From Marsupella aquatica (taxonomy: Eukaryota > Plantae > Marchantiophyta), in the NCBI GenBank assembly GCA_973895155.1, contig OZ316899.1, forward strand, positions 3,369,455-3,433,454: a stretch of DNA of 64,000 nt. The letters are read 5' to 3'. How positions within the stretch are numbered: position 1 is the first letter of the stretch; each line of letters opens with the position of its first letter. This document shows positions 57,844-64,000 of this stretch, in pieces. The notes beneath the pieces are model-generated. The model saw only the letters and a program-made list of their open reading frames with translations. It was not told the origin of the DNA and made no database searches. The position numbers and the translations under genes were made by a program.

Positions 57844-60800
57844 ATACCAAGGGATCGGCATACAAGCCGATTACGAGGGCAGAACAAATTGAGGCCCTAT
57901 TAGAAGCCGAGAGAGCACAACGGCCTAACTCTCAGGAGCAAGAGGTGGATGAGATGGACAGACACGATCCAGAGCCAAGGCAGGAAGGGGAGCCAACCAC
58001 CAATTCAAAACCGAATAGACCGGCAAGGGGACAATCTATGGACACCAAGAAAGGGACCGACTCGGCTAGTCGAGCCGAGATTCCAGTTTATGGAGGCATG
58101 AGATTAGAGAGACTGGAAGCCGAACTGGACCCGAATTTGAAGAAGCAGATTAATATGATCCAAGCACGGCAATATCGGAAGCTCGACTTAGGAGAGGGAA
58201 GAGAACTGAACTTAGGGAGAAACCTAGCAGCTGAGCTCGAGAAAGAGATCAGTGACTTATTGATTGAATTTCAGGATGTGTTTGCATGGAGTCACCAAGA
58301 TCTAAAGGGAGTAGATCCAACACTAGGGGAACATCGAATTGATCTCATGTTAGGAGCCAAATCATTTCGATAACCAATTCGAAGGATGAACCCGAAGTAT
58401 TCCCTGCTGGTCAAAACAGAAATCGACAAACTAGTGGAAGCTGGATTCATCACTCCAGTCCTGCATTCAGACTGGGTGTCTCCAATTGTGATAGTTCCCA
58501 AGAAAGCTGGACCCGATGGTAAACCCAAGATCCGGGTTTGTCAGGATTACAGGAAGCTGAATGAAGCAACATTAAAAGACCATTTTCCTTTACCGTTTAC
58601 TGATATGGTACTAGACATGGTAGCCAGTCATGAACTATATTCATTCATGGATGGATACTCTGGTTATAACCAAATCAGGATTCGGCAGGAAGACCAAATC
58701 AAGACGGCCTTCATCACGGAATGGGGAATCTATGTCTTCAATCGTATGCCGTTTGGACTCTGCAACGCACCAGCTATGTTTCAACGATTAATGGTGAACA
58801 TTTTTCATGATTACTTGAGAAAGTTCATGGAAATCTTCATTGATGACTTTGCAGTATTCGGGAAGGCATCGAAACATGCTAAATACCTCAGGAAAACCTT
58901 CATGAGATGTAGAGAGGTGGGTCTCAAGTTACACCCAGATAAATGTTTCTTTGCAGTAACCGAGGGGGTGCTACTAGGTCACAAGGTATCAAGGAAGGGC
59001 ATTGAGATTGACAAAGGTAAGCTAGCAGTATGGCTAGATATCATGCAACCTAAGAACATAAAGGATGTAAGATCCTTCTTGGGATGCATTGGTTACTATC
59101 GCCGGTTCATCAAGGATTTTGCCAAGCTAGCTTTACCATTAACCAACATGCTCAAGGCAGGAGCAGACTTCGAACCCACACCCGAACAAGTCACAGCGGT
59201 GGTAGAATTGAAGCAGATGTTAGTAGAGGCCCCAGTCATGATAGCACCGGACTGGAACAAAGATTTTCATGTTTTTGTAGATGTCTCGGGCTTCTGTATC
59301 GGCTCAGTACTAAGTCAGTTGGATGGAAAAGGAAGGGACCATCCCATATACTTCGCAAGCCGTCAGCTTGCCGATGCCGAACGGAACTACTCCACCACAG
59401 AGAGAGAAGCATTAGGAGTCATTTATTCTTGTAAAAAGTTTAGGCATTATTTACTAGGGTACAAGGTAATCTTTCATACCGATCATGAAAGTTTGAAGTA
59501 CCTAGTCAATAAGCCGGACCTTACAGGCAGAGTAGCAAGATGGATTTTGCTATTACAGGAGTTTGACTATGAGCTGAGAATCAAGCCGGGAAAGTTACAT
59601 GCCAATGCCGACTTCTTTTCAAGGATCACAGGTAAACCAGCCACGGATTGCATCGATGATCGATTCCTCGACGAGGAGCTATTCATTGTGGAAATAGCTG
59701 GTACATGGTACCCTGAAATTTTACAATTTCTCAGCACTTCCAGATTACAGCCAGGATTAAGCCGAGAGCAAGCCGTAGTCTTTGTGCGGAAGGTCAGACA
59801 GTATCAGTGCATTAAAGGCATACTGCACAAGCATGGAATCAACGGCACGATTCAAAGATGTTTGGAAAAGAGAGAGGTAAAACGAGTCCTACGGGCCATG
59901 CATGGAGAGGAGGTCGGAGGACATTTTGCCCCAGTAACCACGTCTAAGAAGATATTAAATGCCGGTTACTGGTGGCCCACCTTGCACAAAGATGTCTATC
60001 AGTTTATCAAACAATGCGATCCTTGTCAACGAGCGGGAGGACCAAGGGCGTCCACCAGGCATCCACTGCACCCTATTCTACCTCTGGCACCATTCGAGAA
60101 GTGGGGTATTGATTACATTGGACCTCTGAAACCACTGACCCACCCTCGACGGAACAAGTACATAATCCTGGCTACGGATTATGCAACTAAATGGGTAGAG
60201 GCCAGACCAACAACGAAGGATGATGCAATTACTACGGCTAGATTCATGTATGAGCAGATCTTCACCAGGTATGGAGCACCCCTAGAATTAGTTAGTGATA
60301 GAGGAACCCATTTTTTGAATGATATAATTAGTCGTTTAAATGAGCAGTATTTAGTTAAACATAGGCCTACTACTCCCTACCATCCAAAGGCAAACGGGTT
60401 GACAGAACGAGCAAACGGAATTATAGGAAAGATATTGAACAAAACAGTAGCTCAGAACAAACTTGATTGGGATGATAAATTGTTTGCTGCTGTTTTTGCT
60501 TACAATCTTGCCTATAAATCCACTACCGGTCATACACCCTTCTTCTTAACCTTTGGACAAGAAGCCCTGGTACCCATGCAACTTGAGATACCGACATTTC
60601 AAGTTACAATTGAGGAAAGAGCCTCAGCGGAGGAGAGCCTAAAGGAGCGAGAATATAGGTTAGAAGCTTTAGAGGAAGCGAGAATGATTTCAGCCGAGAG
60701 AGTAGAATATAGACAGAATATCATGAAGCAGCAGTATGATAAAAAGTTGAAAGTAGTTAGTATTCATACCGGTGATCTTGTGCTACTTTATGACAGTAGG

Positions 60801-60991
60801 TATAGTAGGTTTCCAGGAAAGCTTTACACTCGCTGGTTAGGACCCTTTAGAGTAACCATGATGTTCCCCAATGGCTCCGTACAATTGGCCGACATTACGG
60901 GAGAGGTATATCCAGTTCGCATCCATTATGACCGCCTCAAGAAATACTATATGGACGAAGATGAAGTTGTTCGCGAGGACGCTTCACAATT

Positions 60992-61004
60992 AAGTGGGGA
61001 GCTA
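60992..61004 (+). other. Family-A polypurine tract inside the pol coding sequence
   Basis: AAGTGGGGAGCTA directly abuts the 3' LTR TGTGATGCC. pol reads through it and stops at 61014-61016. Confidence 0.85.
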
Positions 61005-64000
61005 TGTGATGCCTAGACAGGAATCACTCGGCCAGTTAAGTGGGTAAAGCAGGAAGGCACCCTAGGAACACCTTAGTATAGGGACAAAACAAGGAAAATA
61101 TAAACAATTAGGGGCAACCATGGAACCCGGGCCGAGGCCGGAGGTAAGGACGCTGAGGGTGAAAACCCGATTAGGGTTAGGGCGCGTTAAGCGTCGGCGG
61201 CTAGGAAGGATCAACGGGAAGAAGGACCGGCAGAGGAGAGGGGTAAGGAGCGCTTGCAGGAGATGGTGGCTCATTTGCGAGCACGAACTAGGCAGACGAC
61301 TACGGGAGGCCAACTACTGTCAGCTGCTTAGGCAAGCACTCGGGGAGAGAGTAGATACCGACGATCGACCTAAGGAGGGTATGAGCAACGTCAATCAAGC
61401 GGCACATTTCTGGGGATGCTTGTTCGAACGGGCAACTGAGTACATCAAGACTTACCAGGACGAGGAATCAGAAAGGGCAGCTCGAGAACGGCAGGAGCTC
61501 GCTCGATTGTGGGAGCTGCAGAAGACGGCTTTCTTAGGAGGCGAACTCATCAAGGACGAGTTCCTGTGGACGCCTACTTCCAATCAACTCGACGATCTTC
61601 TGTTTTGCAAAGACAGCGTCGTCGGCATCCGAGAGGCCATCAAGAACTACAACGACATACACTGGGAATTAAAGGGAAGCACGGAAAGGTGGACCCAGGC
61701 AACGGTGCTAGGAGAAACCTCCACGGCAGCAGAGATGAAGAGGAAGGGAGCCGTCAACGATGAAGCCACCCCGGCAAAAAGAACGAGGTCGGCGGCACCA
61801 AAGAAGCCAGCCGAGCAGCAGAGCAGGAGGCAAGGAGAAGCCGAAGAGGAGGAGGTCGATCCCATCAAGGCCATTCCAACCAGGGATGACACCTGGAAGG
61901 GCTGGGCGGCAACCCTACCGGTGGAGGTGCAACTACATTTTGCACGGGAGGAGGATGCATGCTTCATGGCCATGCAGACCAAGAAGTACCAAGGCTTCAT
62001 GGCCGGATCCGGCTTAGAGGCCTTTGTAAGATTACCATGGCTGAAGCCGGAGGTACCGGAGTCAGACCTATTAGAATTCGTGGGGTCATGGGAACCCGAG
62101 ACCAATTGCACGAGGATATATGGGAAGGATTTCTATCTTACTCCCAAGGTAATTGCCGAAGTGTTTGGCTTGCCGATAGGCAATAAGACCAAAGTTGATA
62201 CCAGGAAGACCTTGCCTGACAAGGAGTTCCGGTCGTTCCCTGGGCCATCAACGAAGAATGGCTTCTTCCGGAACACCTGCACCAACCCGCACATAGGAGA
62301 GATGATCGACTTCTTGCGGGTGACCATGCATTGTAACTTGCCGAGGGCAGAGATCGGCAAGGCACAGGTCTATCTGGCAGAAAGGCCAGACCCAAGCCGG
62401 GACTACAACGGGTACCTCCTCAACCAATTGAAGAAGATCTTAAAGGAGGAGCAGCAGGTAATCGGCATGGGGAGCGTGTCACGGCTTGGCTATCACATGC
62501 CGCTGTTGTGCCGGTATGCCAGAGGTCAGACTTTTGCCCCTGTACTTCCCCTGCAGGTAAGGGCACCCGAGGAAGCTCCAACGCCGAGGCCGTTGGCTGA
62601 GAAGCCTCAACCACCTGTTAGCCCTACGATCGAGCAGGTGTTTAGGCCCAGGAAGGAGGACTTGCCGATGCAGCAACCAGGCATGCAGAGTCTGCTGAAA
62701 CTACTGGAGAAAGAAAAGAAATCGGCATCGGCAACAACAACGGCAACGGCAACAATGCAGGACACTACTACAGAGGTAGGCCTACACCGGCTCACAAGAG
62801 AAAACCCCTTTGCTGGAGACAAGGAGAGAATCAGGCCGGAATCCAAGCCAGGTGTTCGAATGTACGTGGGAACCTCAAGCTCCGAATCTGAGGCAGAATT
62901 GCCTGAAGCTCTTACCGACGAAGAGGAGAGGGAGAAGCCGGACGTCCAAGAGGTAGAGGAGGCAGTGGAGGACTGCAGCCATGATAATTCCGGCTATGGG
63001 TCGGACCATCACGTTCCAGGAGTAAGGATCTGTGGCCGGTTTGTCCCCACACTTCCAAGGGTAGTGCAAGGGGACCCCAACCAGCAGAGTAGCCCTGAGT
63101 CTCCCCCACTAGATGTTGCTCCCCCGAGCTTCGACGGCATAAAACAGACGGTGCAGGAATTTCAGGAGCGAATCAGGCAGGAAGAGGAGGCAGCCCTGGC
63201 TAAGGAAAAGGATTTACCAGGAGGAGATTGGCCGGAGGACATCAGGCGGCTAGCCAAAAAAGGAAGCAAACCTCTAGCCACGATTGAAGAGATCCGCAGG
63301 ACGGCTTGGGAGCAGAGGCCGCGATGGGCGATGCCGATCACTTCTACTTACTCCACCTACGCTAAGAATAGAGCCATGGAGTATGGTGAGATGTGTGGGG
63401 AACTTGCGCTCGGCATCTTTGGAGAGGAGTTGGAGGTAGGACCCTTTTTCCATAGGGAGCAGTTGGAGAAGCACCAATTAGAAGAAGCGGTGGCTTTAGA
63501 GAGAAGCAAGAAGGACGAGGTCATTCGGCGGCTTAGGAGGATGGAAGCCGAGATTGAAGATCTAAGGGCGGCCAAGAAAGCCCAAGATGAACTGCGGATT
63601 AAACGACATGAGCTGAACATCATGCAGGGGCAGTTGGACACCGCGCAGGCTGATAATCAGAATATCAAGGATAAACTGACTCAGACGCAGGGAGAGTTGG
63701 CCGACACAATCAAAGAGAGGGAGAAGTGGAAGCAAGAGCTGAAGAATACAGAGGAGGCCCACATAACAGCCAACAGCCGGGCCATGGCGGAGACCCAAAG
63801 AAAGGAATGGGCGTTGAAAGGGGAGCTCGAGAAAATCCGCGGAGCCCTTGAGCAGAAGGAGGCCGAGTTAGGGAAATCCTATCAAGGGATTATGGCGCTG
63901 CAGCAGGAGCTTGCGTCCCTGACGGCCAGCTTCAAGGCCGACCTAAGGGAGAAGGACGAGATGCTCGAACAGACTTACGCCAAGATGAACCAGATGGAGT
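61005..64000 (+). repeat. Family-A 3' LTR (partial; predicted end near 65666)
   Basis: Colinear with 50119-53114. Confidence 0.96.
61381..64000 (+). CDS. Family-A LTR-encoded protein, 3' LTR copy, open to the window edge (at least 873 codons)
   Basis: Same frame as the 5' copy, with CAG where the 5' LTR has TAG. None of the substitutions I found creates a stop. It is missing from the ORF track, presumably because it runs off the edge. Confidence 0.85.
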   Translation, partial: MSNVNQAAHFWGCLFERATEYIKTYQDEESERAARERQELARLWELQKTAFLGGELIKDEFLWTPTSNQLDDLLFCKDSVVGIREAIKNYNDIHWELKGSTERWTQATVLGETSTAAEMKRKGAVNDEATPAKRTRSAAPKKPAEQQSRRQGEAEEEEVDPIKAIPTRDDTWKGWAATLPVEVQLHFAREEDACFMAMQTKKYQGFMAGSGLEAFVRLPWLKPEVPESDLLEFVGSWEPETNCTRIYGKDFYLTPKVIAEVFGLPIGNKTKVDTRKTLPDKEFRSFPGPSTKNGFFRNTCTNPHIGEMIDFLRVTMHCNLPRAEIGKAQVYLAERPDPSRDYNGYLLNQLKKILKEEQQVIGMGSVSRLGYHMPLLCRYARGQTFAPVLPLQVRAPEEAPTPRPLAEKPQPPVSPTIEQVFRPRKEDLPMQQPGMQSLLKLLEKEKKSASATTTATATMQDTTTEVGLHRLTRENPFAGDKERIRPESKPGVRMYVGTSSSESEAELPEALTDEEEREKPDVQEVEEAVEDCSHDNSGYGSDHHVPGVRICGRFVPTLPRVVQGDPNQQSSPESPPLDVAPPSFDGIKQTVQEFQERIRQEEEAALAKEKDLPGGDWPEDIRRLAKKGSKPLATIEEIRRTAWEQRPRWAMPITSTYSTYAKNRAMEYGEMCGELALGIFGEELEVGPFFHREQLEKHQLEEAVALERSKKDEVIRRLRRMEAEIEDLRAAKKAQDELRIKRHELNIMQGQLDTAQADNQNIKDKLTQTQGELADTIKEREKWKQELKNTEEAHITANSRAMAETQRKEWALKGELEKIRGALEQKEAELGKSYQGIMALQQELASLTASFKADLREKDEMLEQTYAKMNQME

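Larger units (their letters stand above)
57750..61016 (+). pseudogene. pol: pol: RT, RNase H, integrase (single TAA at 58371; 58386-61016 open)
   Basis: SPIVIVPKK, RVCQDYRKLN, MPFGLCNAPA, FIDD; DVSGFCIG, NYSTTEREAL, TDHESL; HHCC zinc finger, WGIDYIGP, DRGTHF, NGLTE, WLGPF. Confidence 0.95.
50119..64000 (+). mobile_element. Full-length family-A Ty3/gypsy retrotransposon, non-chromovirus (Athila/Phygy/Selgy-like), giant coding LTRs; runs off the right edge
   Basis: 5' LTR 50119-54780, PBS, gag-PR-RT-RH-INT, PPT, 3' LTR from 61005. No chromodomain and no second (archaeal-type) RNase H seen. Left TSD candidate CGCAG (50114-50118). Confidence 0.96.

Noticed and set aside
58846-58857. RT active site FIDD instead of YxDD as an inactivating change
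   Set aside because: FxDD is normal in Athila/Phygy-like non-chromoviruses.
19683-63798. Hundreds of short overlapping or antisense ORFs repeated between LTR copies
   Set aside because: Shadow frames of GC-rich coding LTRs. They recur only because the DNA is repeated.

Overview
Plant nuclear heterochromatin-like window, made almost entirely of nested transposons, with no recognisable host gene. The element lineages suggest a seed-free plant (bryophyte, lycophyte or fern), which is an inference. From left to right: (i) a degenerate DUF7869-type DDE DNA transposon with a TnpA-like ORF and a 169-bp tandem repeat; (ii) a complete Bianca-lineage Ty1/copia element inserted in that repeat (4154-10081, identical 128-bp LTRs, TSD AGATG); (iii) a CACTA left end (13293) with a three-exon Ptta/En/Spm-like gene; (iv) a dense nest of two related giant-LTR Ty3/gypsy families, here called A (LTR about 4.65 kb) and B (LTR about 4.0 kb), present as solo LTRs, truncated LTRs and one full-length A element (50119 to beyond 64000). 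The main result is that both LTR types are mostly protein coding. Each carries a sense-strand ORF (about 1100 aa in A, about 880 aa in B) behind its own TATA box, encoding homologous plant-mobile-domain-like cores, NLS-like motifs and long coiled coils, so every solo LTR is a portable gene cassette. The A element also has a canonical-looking -1 ribosomal frameshift signal (G GAU UUU, 5-nt spacer, 9-bp stem-loop) between protease and RT, and its pol ends inside the 3' LTR. A and B are inserted reciprocally into each other's LTR 5' ends. A 5.75-kb block is duplicated at about 99% identity. All coordinates and identities were read by eye, and domain names are motif recognitions, not database hits.
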